From positions 1-64,000 of the forward strand of contig JALMLS010000307.1 of NCBI GenBank assembly GCA_038496445.1: a stretch of 64,000 nucleotides of DNA. The letters run 5' to 3'. This stretch comes from Trichosphaerium sp. ATCC 40318. Taxonomy: Eukaryota > Protista > Tubulinea. Each line of letters starts with the position of its first letter. Position 1 is the first letter of the stretch. A program made the position numbers and the translations under genes. Below the pieces are notes generated by a model. It searched no databases, was not told where the DNA came from, and saw only the letters and a list, made by a program, of their open reading frames with translations. This document shows positions 50,289-64,000 of this stretch, piece by piece.

Positions 50289-52391
50289 CTGTGTGTCACT
50301 TATTACTTTTTTGGCTTATTCTTCTACCCCTAACTTAAACAAACTTTTCTTTTGTTTATTTGTAACACTCCTTCTTGTAGATTTAAAAATTTCGTACCCC
50401 CTACACACAAACTGATAACCACCTTTTCTCTATCACTAGCTTTTTTTTTTTTCTTTTTCTTTTCAGCTTTCCTTTTTTTTTCTTGGTTTTTTTTTTTTTT
50501 CGTTTTTTGATTAGAAGTTCTTTACTGCTAATGTCTGACTTGTAGTATATAGTTGGGAACACCATTATATTATACTAATACTCTTTTTTATTGAGAGTTT
50601 CTGATAGCTTGTTTTGGAGAAGTCCTTTGGGTGTTGGGTCTATCGCAGGAACATCTGCTTTGGACAAAAAACAAACCCAGCAAAAAAAAAATTATTGCGA
50701 GTATCCACCTCAAAAGTGGTCTTTCGCGCCTTGGTATTATTGACCTGTTGCATATCGTACCATTTGTACAGGTCAATAACATCAAGATCGCTTAGAGATA
50801 ATGCACATGCTTTGAACGTTACTGTGTGGAGTGGACTTAACAAACGACAGCAAACGACAAAAATATCTACATCACAAACCTATCAGATTTGTTGGAGCTC
50901 AGAAACAATAAGTTGCCACCCACTAAACTACTGAAAGTTGAAAGAAGGTAATAAACAGCAACTCTTACATATCTTAACCATAGGTTTCAAAGCAGGGCGC
51001 ATGTGAACAAAGGCGTGAGAGCAATAAGAAAGCATATATAAACAATAGTAAAAGTTAGAAATACTTCTTACTTATTCATACACGTGACTTTTTGATCCGT
51101 TTATAGCAGGTGTGTCTATTGAGCAATTGTTTGTTCTATAGTACAACTTGTTGAATATATTTCCTTACGATGTGCTCTAACATTTTATTGGTTACATCTC
51201 ATATATCTTTTTGTCCTCTATCTTCACATTTTTATAAGTTGTCCGTTCTCATCCCAATCTTTGAATTACAGAGTTAATCAACAGTATCTTATACTAACAA
51301 GTATCATTAAATATTTCATATGTGCCTTAAGTGTACATCCTAACTACATCCTACTCCCTTGCCGCACATAGAAGACTCGACAGTATTTGAACCTTGGAAT
51401 TAGCCTACTTAACGTTGTTTAAAGGAATAGAATACCAAATCTTTCACCAAAAGTAAAAACCTGACGGTTTTTTACATTTCTGTCGGTCACTTTTAACTCT
51501 TTAGCTGATGTAAAAATAGCCCGAGTTTGAAGTACAACCATTTTATCACAATTTTGTAATTTGATGATCGTTCAGTTGCTGAGACGCTGTAGCGGTACCA
51601 CAATCCACATCTATTAGGAATGGATAAAGTATGAGGCTTTCAATATCAAAGTGACACAGATAAAGCTCCATCGCTTGACACTTTTTTTCAAATACAATTG
51701 TTAAAATGAACGTAGTAGCTTGGAACATGGTTAAAGCCTACTTTGTGCTCTCAGATCTTTATAAGAAAAAAACAAGTATCACATGGTTTTTCAGTCAAAA
51801 ACCGGCGAAAAAAAAATGTATCCGATGCTCGCAATTCAAAAATACGAGCGTAAGTTGGGTTTCAAATACGGTTTCTTCAAAATCTAAACGTACCGCTTAG
51901 GGAACAATCTCTCAAAACCTTGCAAAGCTCTACAACATTCAACCAAGCCCAACAATACGTAGAAAAATAGCGCTAAAGCCAAATAACCTTTGAAAAAAAA
52001 GTGAGTTTACAAAACGTGATGTCAACGTACAAACGTGTAGTGATAATTTTATATAGTCTTGGCCTTGTTTCCACTTGATGTATGCTGTCGGTTAGCGTCA
52101 GTGCCTTAAGGGTAAAGAACTCTTTGGATTGTACATAACACAATGAAGGCTTGTACAGGTTAGGAAATCGCTACCAGGGTGGTCACTTGTATCTATGTAG
52201 CAATCTACACAAGCTCAAGAAAGCTCATCGGACATATTCTAAATACGTTAATGGTATTGGCAAGAGAAGAGTCTTTCCTCGTAATATATTTGTGAACTCG
52301 ATCTGTAGTAGCAAAAAATAAACGAAAAAAGGGGAATAAATGTTTATTGGTTCTACATTTACAAGTAGCGTAAACAAGGGTAGGTAGGCAC

Positions 52392-53850
<1,459 letters not shown>

Positions 53851-54334
53851 GATTGTTGCTATTTTGTGTTGTTACTGAGGTTTGATCCTTGTAATAATGA
53901 AGTGTAAACGTAACACAGTGAGCGGAATTTTTCAATTTTCTGAAAAATACTCTGCTCTCATTGATTTTCAGCGTACAGTGTGAATGATTGCGAGACGCCA
54001 AAAAGGACTCGCTGTATGAAAACCTATGGATCAGGCTTTTACGTTATTTATATGACAACTGTAAAAGGTTAAAGGAGAAGCGAGAAAAAAGAAAACCTTC
54101 AATAGCCACAACACATCTAAACAACCCACTGCTGTAAGAAAATAAACAATAAACTATCTCTTTTGTTAAGCTTTGCTACATAGTTCAATATCTTGTAGGT
54201 ACAATATCACGTATTGTAGGTACTTCAGATGACACTTTACTACCTATCTCTAGGACCACGGATTATATAGCTTGTAATTCTGAAACGGTAGGTCTGCTAG
54301 AAAAATGGAAAACAATTTCATTCAACTAAACTAT

Positions 54335-54505
54335 TTATGTTTTTCCCATTGCTGATACACCAGTCTAATGTTTGCATCTCCAAGACACTTAACACCTTCT
54401 TCGTAACTTGTGTACCTGTAACATCAATAAATTTCACGCCACAAGTGCTTTAATACCATCATCAGTGATATTATGACAAAAGTTGAGATAAATCTTTGAG
54501 ACGCC
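54335..54505 (-). pseudogene. Frameshifted 3' fragment of an F-box/LRR gene, paralogue of 37450..38331
   Basis: Near-identical reverse complement of 38158-38331 with small indels. Confidence 0.88.
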
Positions 54506-54564
54506 ATCAAGCTCGCAGCCAAATCAAAAATCAGATGGTCAATGTTTGCTTGTTCAGTAAGTCG

Positions 54565-55752
54565 TTAATCAAATGGGTTTTTGAGACTGAGACGAGAAAT
54601 TCGATTCACAGTTATACCCAAGGCTTCAGCGCACTCTGTTGTAATACCACATGTGCTTGAGAAGCTAAAGTTTTTCAGAGATGTCAAGTGTTTCATGCTT
54701 TCATCTGTTATCTTAGCCACACAATAAAGGAGAATGAGGTATTCTAAGTTAATCAAATGCTCCAATCCTGATTTTGTAATTTTATTAAAACCTTTGATGA
54801 AGAGTTGTTTGAGGTTAACCAATTTTTTGATTCCTTTATCAGTTATATTTTTGCATCGTACAAGAACAAGACTTTCGAGATTTACCAAACACTTCAATTG
54901 ACCATCTTGTATATTCTTCATATAACCCTCCTTTATAGTGAGATATTTGAGGTTTACCAAGTTATGTAGGAATGAGTAATTGATACCATCACATCTTCTA
55001 ATATCAAGACGATCAAGATTGACCAATCCTTTTAATCCATTGTCTGTTATTTTCTCACAATTAACAAGACGTAACTGTTTAAGGTTTACCAAGGCTTGCA
55101 ATCCTTTATCTGTTATTTGAATACAACCACCAGGACGTAGCTGTGTGACATTGGTCAATGATATGAGCCCTTCATCTGTAAGCGAACTTCCTTTGTAAAT
55201 GTTAACTATATGCACTTTGGTAAGGTATTTGATCCACGACTCACGTGGATTACTTAATACTATTTTTTTGACGTTTTTAAGTGCTTTGATGCCTTCATCA
55301 CTTATATTCTCGCATTTGGCAATGTTAATTGTGTGTATCTCACTGAGTGCCTTTAATGAAACATCAGTGATGTTTGTACATGCTAAGTTGATTGCATGAA
55401 TGCTGTGTTGTCCATGTTGTAATAAAGAAAGGATATCTGAGTCGTTAACATTTGAAAGATGTAGGCCAACCGTGTGAACACCGCAAAGACAAGCCAAGTC
55501 ACTTGATGTAAATTCGAGACGCATACATGTTATTCTAGTGTTTTTAAGCAACGGACTGCCTTTTAACACGTGACAATCCGAAGATTCTTTCAATTTGATC
55601 TCATTAAACCCAATATTTTGGCGGATAATGTCATTAAACAAGTGAGACACTGTAGAAGCCATAATACGATTGTGTCTGTTTAAATAAAATAGAATACACG
55701 TTAATATCTCTGGTGGAAGCTGTTCAAGTAGAATAACTTGGTTTATTGCCAT
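54565..55752 (-). CDS. F-box + LRR protein (intronless; ORF open from 55863)
   Basis: LEQLPPEILTCILFYL...ASTVSHLF and repeats LVNLKQLxLxxCxKITDxGL. Confidence 0.88.
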   Translation of the reverse strand: MAINQVILLEQLPPEILTCILFYLNRHNRIMASTVSHLFNDIIRQNIGFNEIKLKESSDCHVLKGSPLLKNTRITCMRLEFTSSDLACLCGVHTVGLHLSNVNDSDILSLLQHGQHSIHAINLACTNITDVSLKALSEIHTINIAKCENISDEGIKALKNVKKIVLSNPRESWIKYLTKVHIVNIYKGSSLTDEGLISLTNVTQLRPGGCIQITDKGLQALVNLKQLRLVNCEKITDNGLKGLVNLDRLDIRRCDGINYSFLHNLVNLKYLTIKEGYMKNIQDGQLKCLVNLESLVLVRCKNITDKGIKKLVNLKQLFIKGFNKITKSGLEHLINLEYLILLYCVAKITDESMKHLTSLKNFSFSSTCGITTECAEALGITVNRISRLSLKNPFD

Positions 55753-56019
55753 TGTGTTTGGATACAGAGATTTACGACAACTACTATTGGTAAGCACGTG
55801 ATGTTTTGGACCAAACTCTATTCTATTACTCACGTTAGATTTGCTAGCTCCATTATTGTACATTCAAGCTCTCTCTACTCTTTTATTGTTGAACTATTTA
55901 GAATCAGGCTCCTGATGCCTCTTCAAGTGTACGAGGTTAAGTTAAAATCAGTATTGGCTGGTGGTCTGTTTAAGTCAGTCAACGCTTATTGTAGTTTCAA
56001 TTCAACACTTGCTAAACAA

Positions 56020-56844
56020 ATGTCTACATTGTACAATGCTAAACAAAGCTTGCTTCAAGCAAAAACCCCAAAAACAGTAGAAGAGTTGCCACCGGAGATG
56101 TTAACACATATTCTAAGTTATCTAGAAAGAAAACAACGTATTATATCATCTGCAGTTTCTCACGTGTTTAATAACATCATTCGCTGTAATATTGGCTTTC
56201 ATACAATTAATTTAGACAATTCATCAGATACTGCTGCCCTCAAAGGCAGTCCGCTTCTGAAAAACACACACATCAAATATCGTGGTTTGGTTCTTACGCC
56301 TACCGATTTGTGCTGCCTTTCTGGTGTTAAATCAATAGATGTGGGAACAACCACTATTACAGACGAAGGTGTCCTTGCCTTACTACAAGGAGGAGATCAC
56401 ACCATTCATACCATTGATTTGTCACTGACAAAGATAACAGATGCTTCATTGATAGCTCTCAGGGGTGTGCACACAATTAATCTTACTTTTTGCAGTATTA
56501 GCATTGAAGGAATAAAGGCACTCAAAGATGTACATGATATTACAATCGCTAATCCAACAGACTCATGGCTCAAACATCTTGGAAATGTACACACTGTTCG
56601 TATTGGTGGTGGTATATCATTGACAGATTATGGACTCAAATCATTGATAAATGTTAAGAGCTTACATTTATCTTGGTGTTCAAAAATAACAGACTCAGGT
56701 TTTAAGAATATGAGTAATCTTCAACATTTAGAACTTTCTTTGTGCGATTTACTCACAAATGGTTGTTTGAAACACTTGACTTCTCTCAAAACTATAACAA
56801 ACTGTAAAACAGTCATAAAATATGTTGCTGATGATTGGGTATAA
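56020..56844 (+). CDS. F-box + LRR protein (intronless), head-to-head paralogue of the previous gene
   Basis: VEELPPEMLTHILSYL...SSAVSHVF, shared LKGSPLLKNT motif, fewer LRRs. Confidence 0.85.
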   Translation: MSTLYNAKQSLLQAKTPKTVEELPPEMLTHILSYLERKQRIISSAVSHVFNNIIRCNIGFHTINLDNSSDTAALKGSPLLKNTHIKYRGLVLTPTDLCCLSGVKSIDVGTTTITDEGVLALLQGGDHTIHTIDLSLTKITDASLIALRGVHTINLTFCSISIEGIKALKDVHDITIANPTDSWLKHLGNVHTVRIGGGISLTDYGLKSLINVKSLHLSWCSKITDSGFKNMSNLQHLELSLCDLLTNGCLKHLTSLKTITNCKTVIKYVADDWV

Positions 56845-57917
56845 CTTGGCTCCTATACAACACCTCTTAGATGAAGTCATAAAACAGAAATGACGATATA
56901 TCTTGATGTCATACTTTTTTAGTTGTAGTAGCACATCTTCTGGAGCAAACTTATTGCATCAAGCGTTTTAAGATGGCTTATGCTACCATTCTTACTTTCA
57001 GGAAATAAATTATCTGTTAGTAGAAAAGCAGTGTGAAACGTTTTTGTGCCAGTGTTCATGAACCTATCAAAGTGCATACCAAATTTTTTTCCTGATTAGA
57101 TTGGTCATTTGTTAGTGTCTCAGCACACTCTTGACACTGATCTGTGTTACAGACGCCTGCGGGAACGATTGAACAAATCACCATGTTGGTTATACTGTCA
57201 ACTAGCGTTAGTCATGGGACAAGTAGAGTAACATGGCTTCAAGTACTTGAAGTATGGTTTTGCTGTTTCTTTTTGACGTCAAGCCACTTTTAAGCTAAAA
57301 AGAATTCCTGCCCGACAAAGAACTAAAGTCAGTGTAGAAATAAACACAAAGGCTGATTATCTAGTACTTATTGTCATGATGTCATTTCTTGGTGGCATTG
57401 TCCTACTAACTGTTCTCTTTGCGTGTTATATCTTTGTACATAAACAATACAAGCAAGATTACACAAAACCCTACCCATATAGCTACTGTTGGACCTGCAA
57501 TACAGCGTAGCAAATGTATTAATAAAATGAGTATGATTGCTTAATTGTATTATGATCTGTGGCTACTTAAGCAAACTCATCAACAAGCCAACAGCCACAT
57601 GTTGAGTAGTTTACAAATATGTAAACCCCAGGTAACAACCAACAGGCTAAGAAGACTTTTTCACCTTATATAACGCCAAAATCCGCTCTGAGTGTTTTTG
57701 TGTACCACTACTGTTTTTTCGGCCAAGTACCATTTTATTCCGGTGCACGTGTACTCCAACGAGTGCAGAACCTTTGTCTGTCACGTGATAAATCTTAAAT
57801 CTACCGTGTCCTTTGTAGTTTTCTTCACCAAGCACTTTGAACTCAAGCTGAGGTTTCAATTAGACACTTGATTATAATACATGTGGCGTTTGTTTTATTT
57901 AAAGGGGAGGAGGGTTG

Positions 57918-59461
57918 CTATTTAAAGTACATATCAAAGTAGTCATCCAAGAATTCAAGTTTTCCCATCTTATAAAGTACAGCAAGTGTAAGCAGCAAAA
58001 CAACAATACCTATGAACGTATCAATGCAAGCAGTCGACTGCCTTTTCGAAGTAGTAGCCCCAGTAGTAGGAGGTGCAATAACCTGACCAGGTTCAAGAGC
58101 TACAGTTTGACTTGCATTAAGAGGTGCATCAAACGACGGCTGTGGGACCTATACACTAGTTAATGACCTTTCTAAAAATAGCATAACATTTGGGGTTTTT
58201 TTTGTGAAAAAGTCTGTACCGGTTCACTATCACGTGCTCTACGAGAAGCACGTGGAATTATTGGTGTTTCAACATTAGGATCGAGATCAGCTGATCTAAG
58301 TAGAGATCCTGTAGAAGTACGTAATACAGGACGTTGTGGAGTTGTTTGCCTAAACCTCAGTAAAAAAAAACTTCGTGTTAATATGAGGTACGAACGGAGT
58401 AATGGGTGTGGTTGTCGCTGTTTGTGTTTTTTCTTCTTCTTTTTTATTATCCGAATCGGCACCATTTGTTTTTTCTTCTTTGTTATCTTCTTGCTTATCA
58501 CCATCATCGCCTTTCTTTATTTTTTTCTCCTTGACAAGCTGTTCTTTTGTTGTAACACGCATCTCCTTTGTGATATCTTTTAGTTCGTCGGATTCAAGCA
58601 CTTTAGAAGCTTCATTTGGGTCCTCTGGTGGTAGTGCCTATAACACGTGATTAAGTTAAAGTATAAGTAAGCCATTAACTTACGATCAGATTTGCAGAAC
58701 CGCAGGCAGTGCATTTCCATGATAGAGACTTTCTCGCAGCTTCTTTACGGTTAGCTTCGCTCCAGTTGAGTGCGCCTATTGCTCCATCTCCTGGAGTTGG
58801 CATGAACGACATCAGAGCCAAAATTACTGTGCGCACTAGACGAAAAACATGAGACGAAAACCAAGGCAACAGCCAAAGTACAAAAATGAGTGTCCAAAAA
58901 ATAATCACAAAGAAAAATAAAAAAAAATTGTGAGGAATGATGATGCCTTACCGCTCCATGAAGGACGCCACGTTTCCTTATGATGTGAAGAAATTGTTAG
59001 ACATATCTTTTGTCCACACTTAAATCTTCCATTCGGCTTGAAGAAGACGAGTAAGTCATGATTCTTGTGCAACGGAATTCGAAAAAAAAAAGTCTTTTTT
59101 TTTTTTTATGAAAGCTCGGAATTATTGTGGCATACCGTTAGGAATACTATGTCAGGTGGTTCTAGTGGGTATTCAGGCGGTAGAATGATTCTACCGTGGT
59201 AAACGCCACCTTCGTATGGTGTGTCCCTAGGACCGCGTAGAGTGAAATGCCATTCGAATATATTGTCCTTTGAGGGTGTTAGAGCCGTGTTTACAAATAG
59301 TGACGTGTAATTTGAAACAAACACATAAATACGCTCTATATTACCTCTAATGGCTCTGCACAGTACAATGTGCTACTCTCTTTTTGCATTTCTTTAATCT
59401 CGCGCATAATTCTGCGTACAGCAGCGCTATTCATATTAAGCTTTGAATTAGAGCTACGCAT
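57918..59461 (-). CDS. UBE2J1: UBE2J1/Ubc6-like ER-anchored ubiquitin-conjugating enzyme (multi-exon)
   Basis: AVRRIMRE, DNIFEWHFTLRGP, GGVYHGRIILPPEYP, PNGRF...KICLTISSHHKETWRPSWS, C-terminal TM IGIVVLLLTLAVLY. Confidence 0.92.
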
Positions 59462-59635
59462 GATGTAAGCGAAGCGTCTCACAGACTAAGAATACAGAAA
59501 TTTGAAGTTTAAGTGAATGATTGGCTTAAACGCCTTCTGTCTTTGTTTGTTTGTTTGTTTTTTTTTTTTTGAACAAAAAAAATGTCTATAATTACATTAT
59601 GCCAAGCTACGTCTTTTCTTTTCCTTTTTGTTATT

Positions 59636-62600
59636 CTACTTTGGATCACGAGGTCCAATTGGATTGTGTTGGCTAGTGAATGCATGGGAGGCAGTATTTC
59701 TTTGACCTGTATGGCCCACGTGTTGCGACTGGATGTCTGGGTGATATGATTCGACCGTTCTTGGTCTAGGTTTGATTGCAGTCATCGCAGGGTATACCTT
59801 CTTGTAACCAACATACCCAGCTGCAGCTACGACGGCAGCAATGACTTACATACGAGTTAGAAACGAAATACATCAGAGGTTGTGAAAGAACGTACCCAAG
59901 ACAGCAATAGTGATACCTACAGCTGCGCCAGCGCTAATACCTGCAGCAGCTCCAGATGCTGTTCCAGCTGTCACAGTACCTGAAAGCACTCCTCCATTTG
60001 CTGGGACAGAAGTTAACGTCAATGGTTTTATTAGAGTTATACGCACCTTGAGTAGAACAAGAAACCATCGTAGCACCAATGCTGCCTTGTAACACACCTT
60101 GTTGAAATTAAGTTAGTTTCGAATGGGGAAAAAAAAAATAGATTCTGGAAGACTAAGACTAGTTATTTAGGATGGTACGTACCATTAACTCCATCGGTTA
60201 GTTCTGGTGTTCCACAACCTATGCCCCTTCCCGCTGTTGCTAATGATCCAGGACCTAGGAATAGATGAAAAACGATTCGATTTAAAATTCTTGGTCTTTT
60301 TTTTTTTTTTTTCTTACCAATTGATGTCAGTTCTACATAAAGTGGGGTTGTTGGTTCAATTTGTCTCTTTTTAGATATTCTTATCGTTATTTTAATAGTT
60401 ATAGTTATTTTAATACCAGCCCTTTTTAAATAGGATGGTTAGTGCACAATTTCAAATATTTGAAAAAAAAAAAAAACAGAAAAAAAACAGAAAAAAGAAA
60501 AAAAACTACATTGCCATCGTACCTGTCTTGTAAGTAGGTTGTCAGAGCGTCTTTCCACGAATTATTATTTCCGTCGAATATAAACAGTTTGAATCTCAAT
60601 ATCAATGTAATTGTGGCCAAGCATTTAACGTTGGGAGCTGGTTTGTAAATAACAAACTTCAAGCTGAAAGTGCCAAGGTTCCAGTAACAGTGGTCCCTGA
60701 ATCCTTTCTTATATTTTATAGTAAACGCTGCTTGAGGGTAAAATGATGATCTTCCTTTTGGATATGTAGATAATGACTGCAGATATACCAAGTTAGCTCA
60801 GGGTCTAAGAAATATAATAATTTCAAAAAAAAAACAGCATTACGTTTCCTGAAACAACTTGGTCTGTAGGTCCAACTGCGTTTGTATTAGGAGTAGTCGG
60901 TTCAGAACAGTTGTATCCAAAGTGCGCTAGCACATCACCGCCTACAAGTTCTTCAAGGCACTCCAAAATAGGTGTACAGGTTGAGTCTGGTTGTGTAGGT
61001 GGGGCTGTAGGCAGCGGTGTAGGTGAATCTGTTGGTGCAAGTGTAGGAGGGGGTGTAGGAGGGGGTGTAGGTTCAGGTCTTTGAGGTTTCTATTAGTAAA
61101 AGGTAACCCAATGTATCGACCGTACGTGGGTGGTTCAGTTGGTGGCGGAGATGTAGGTGGTGGGGCGGTAGATGTCGCTAGAAATTTTTAATAGAAGCGA
61201 ATAATGAGTACTTACAGAAATCAATCGCTAGCACATCGGCGCTAAAATCTGGTACCCCCTGTGGACAGCCCATACATACTACATCAACGTTCGTTCCCGA
61301 GAACGTTCCTGGGGCCGTTGCCGTAGCAAATTCGATCCGTGTTGAAGGTGGTTCACCATCGACTAAGTCAATCACGACTTTTGTGTCAGAACCTACCGTC
61401 CAAGTCTGAAAAATATTAGTGTTGTGCCGGTCAGTCTTGGTTTAGTTTTTTGATGTTAGCTCACTTACACCTCTAGTAACCTCAATCACACCTGTTGGCA
61501 TTCCGCCTTCGAACTTTAGAACTATAGTAGAAAAAGAACTGTAGTAGGTAAGAAGTGGATAAAAAAAAATCATTATCAAAAATATTGTTGGCACGTACTC
61601 TAATGTAAGATCTCCCATTAAGATAACATCACTTTCAACTACTAGGTTCAATAGCGTAGATGAAACACCATCCTCTATTATCACTGTCCCTGACTCCATA
61701 CCCGTACTGGTAATCTGAATATTGCTTTCGAGTATTGCGTTTGTAATGGTCACACTTCCAGCTTCAATTATTATCTTTGCACCAGCGTCCAGAGCTGTAA
61801 CTGAGTGGCCTCCTTTTCTAAATAGTACAGTGCCTTCTCCAACTACGCTTACACTAAACTACTATTAACCCAATGCTTGGCAAGGCCTACACAAGAAACA
61901 AAAAAATAGGGAACATACCCAGCAGCACCATAAACTTGAGGCTCATCTGTGTTGATTATAAGCTGGCTTGCATCCGAACTAAAGGTCACCATGTTTAAAT
62001 TTTCGCTTCGGTCTTCAATAGTCAACTAAAAAAAAAAATTAAAAGAGTGAACAAAAAAACACGTGAATAAAGGTTTGTAATTCATAAAAAAAAACCTACC
62101 TCTGAAGAGCCCTCCAGTATAAAATTGTCACCATCAGCAATTTGTGTAGTAACCATTGAGTTGTCAATGATAAGATCACCAGGTTCAGGTCCTTTCAAGG
62201 ATGTCTATATTCGAGTTTAGTGGTTAGGTGTTTGGTTGGTCGAAAACGCACAATTTCAAGGAGGCCCGAAGATAATATCCGAGTTGGACTCCTGGCTGTT
62301 ATTGCCACACCGTTTATCAGAGTACCTTGAAATTCAAGATGAGTTGCGTTTTCCGCAGGTCTGGCATGTTCAACAACGACTATCATTGTTATTTAGCTAT
62401 ACATTACGCATAAGATGAGTACCCTCCATTCCCTGTATTTCAGCTGTAGAGGTGAATGTCACTTGTGGTGCGGCAAATAAAAGTTGTGATCCTATGCCAG
62501 CTGGAGGATTATCGATTCTTTTAAACGTACCACCTAGCTCACAACTCTGGTAAAGTAGGTTAGAACAAAAGTGAAAACGATACAAAACTTTACGTACTCC

Positions 62601-64000
62601 TTCACCAACAAGGAAGAGGTCTCCACCATTTTGAAAAGTCCAGTCGCCGTTAATCACAGATGGTCTACTCTGCCTGACATTAAATTGACTATTACCATCC
62701 ACAGAAGCCGTAAGGGTATCTGCTGCGACAAAAGAAAGAAGATTGAGCACTGGATCTGAGAAAACTTCTGTAGGAAGATCTCCAGTTTTGGTAAAAGTGT
62801 CTTGTAATGTGAAGGTGAAAAAGTCTGATTCTATGTTTGGTGGAGCATCAAATATGATTTCTCGTTTTCCAAAACCACCAGGAACATCCTGACTGTCGTC
62901 AATAATAGTATTCCTTAAAAAAAGAGCATCAGTAAGTGTAAAGATTTGTTAGGTTTTTTGGTTCGCCAAAGTCGTACAAGAAAGTATAATCTGGTAGGAG
63001 GTCAGGTTGATCAGTATCTCGAACAAAACTAAACTGAGCACCCACAGTGATAGGTCCAGCCACAAAATCTTGAATGAATGCTCCTGTAGAACGAAGAGAG
63101 AAGACTCCTCTAGTACCTTTATTTCGAAGTCAGAGGCCGTGTTTTTTTTTTTCTTGAGATGTTCGAGAAAACGTTGAGTTTCGGTTTTTTGCGTACCCTG
63201 TTCTAGCGAATATCTTATCGCAGTGAATATAGTTCCACCAAACAAAAGACTACTCGAAGATGCACCAGAGTAAAAAAAAGAATAGCCAGCAAGAAAAGTT
63301 TGAAAAGAAGTAAAACTGACCTAAAGACACGTTACATAACGTCAAAGAATTTTTTTTTCTGTTTCTGAAAAGTTTTTTTCTTTTTTTTTTTTGGTAATTG
63401 AAACGTACTGTAGCCCCGTTTTGTATCACAAGATTTACTTGACCTAAAAGAGAACAGCATGAGAACCAAATAAATATATCTATTGGTTACCTGACTGAGG
63501 AGCGCGGAACAGAGGTGGAGGGGAGATAGGTGATGATATGGTTATATTATAAGGCATATCCACCGGAGCGTTAAATTCTACAACCTTAAAAAATGTTTTA
63601 GTGGCACGTGGTAAAAAAAAAATATTGTGAAAAAAAAATGATAATTACGGAAATAGTCACGTGACAACAAAAAACAAAGACGTCGGTGTCGTGCTTTATA
63701 GCTTCCAGAACGGAAAAAAAAAAACTAAGGTAGAAACGTACAGCGTCGAATACTGGGTTTGTAGGAGGTACATTGATTTCACAAGTGCCAACAGGTCCAC
63801 AGTCCCTGTTAGCAAAGTATTAAAAAAAACTTTAGGTCTTATACAAAATAGCATCGCTATTTAAACCACATACCAGTTGTTAGGATTTTCCCACTCACCA
63901 GGAGCCGTCTATTTAAAACAACGCTATTAGCAACTAGCGACAACACGTTATAAATAACCGTACAGCTATCCAAGTGAACTGTGATGATTGTCCATAGGTT
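59636..64000 (-). CDS. Large single-pass cell-surface protein with Pro/Thr-rich stalk (5' part probably beyond the window)
   Basis: Many beta-rich exons, PTPPPTPPPT tracts at ~61000-61175, TM GAAVGITIAVL-VIAAVVAAAGYVGYKK and a short tail. Confidence 0.7.

Noticed and set aside
50330-50520. Long T-rich tract
   Set aside because: Low-complexity 3' flank typical of this genome.
55738-56019. Apparent overlap of the two LRR ORFs
   Set aside because: Arises from upstream in-frame extensions; homology begins near the F-box, so the likely starts do not overlap.
57170-57860. Small ORFs, one with a TM-like segment
   Set aside because: Short, no recognisable homology and no reliable splice model.

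Overview
AT-rich, intron-dense eukaryotic nuclear DNA, most likely an amoebozoan protist (actin signature [10 protein letters not shown]; short GT-AG introns, often with GTACG donors). Some apparent frameshifts lie in homopolymers and may be assembly errors. Multi-exon housekeeping and signalling genes include a minimal PI3K-like kinase, homocysteine S-methyltransferase, CaMK-villin-headpiece fusion, PA-domain/multi-TM protein, RGS protein, atypical Ras, PPR protein, aquaporin, ENTH-EH fusion, SnoaL-like cyclase, Zn2Cys6 factor, TRF4/PAPD5, actin, UBE2J1 and a large surface protein. These are interleaved with islands of genes whose CDS has no introns and which encode an F-box-like N-terminus plus MORN-variant, LRR or ankyrin repeats, along with several decayed copies. 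An LRR-spacer-MORN cassette occurs three times (A ~16.8-20.0 kb, C ~37.5-41.5 kb, inverted B ~51.0-54.5 kb). The 72-bp MORN units are in a different order in the two paralogues. Copy A carries a captured PAPD5 exon+intron. Copy B has lost its MORN gene and contains a complete intron-bearing actin gene at a site that is empty in A and C. Also present: a TTAA-flanked piggyBac derivative with PHD+SAP coding and a nested 8-bp-TSD MITE, a degenerate tRNA-Asp, a candidate U12-type GT-AT intron, and strong enrichment of the palindrome CACGTG, especially in introns. Exon structures and all alignments were read by eye.
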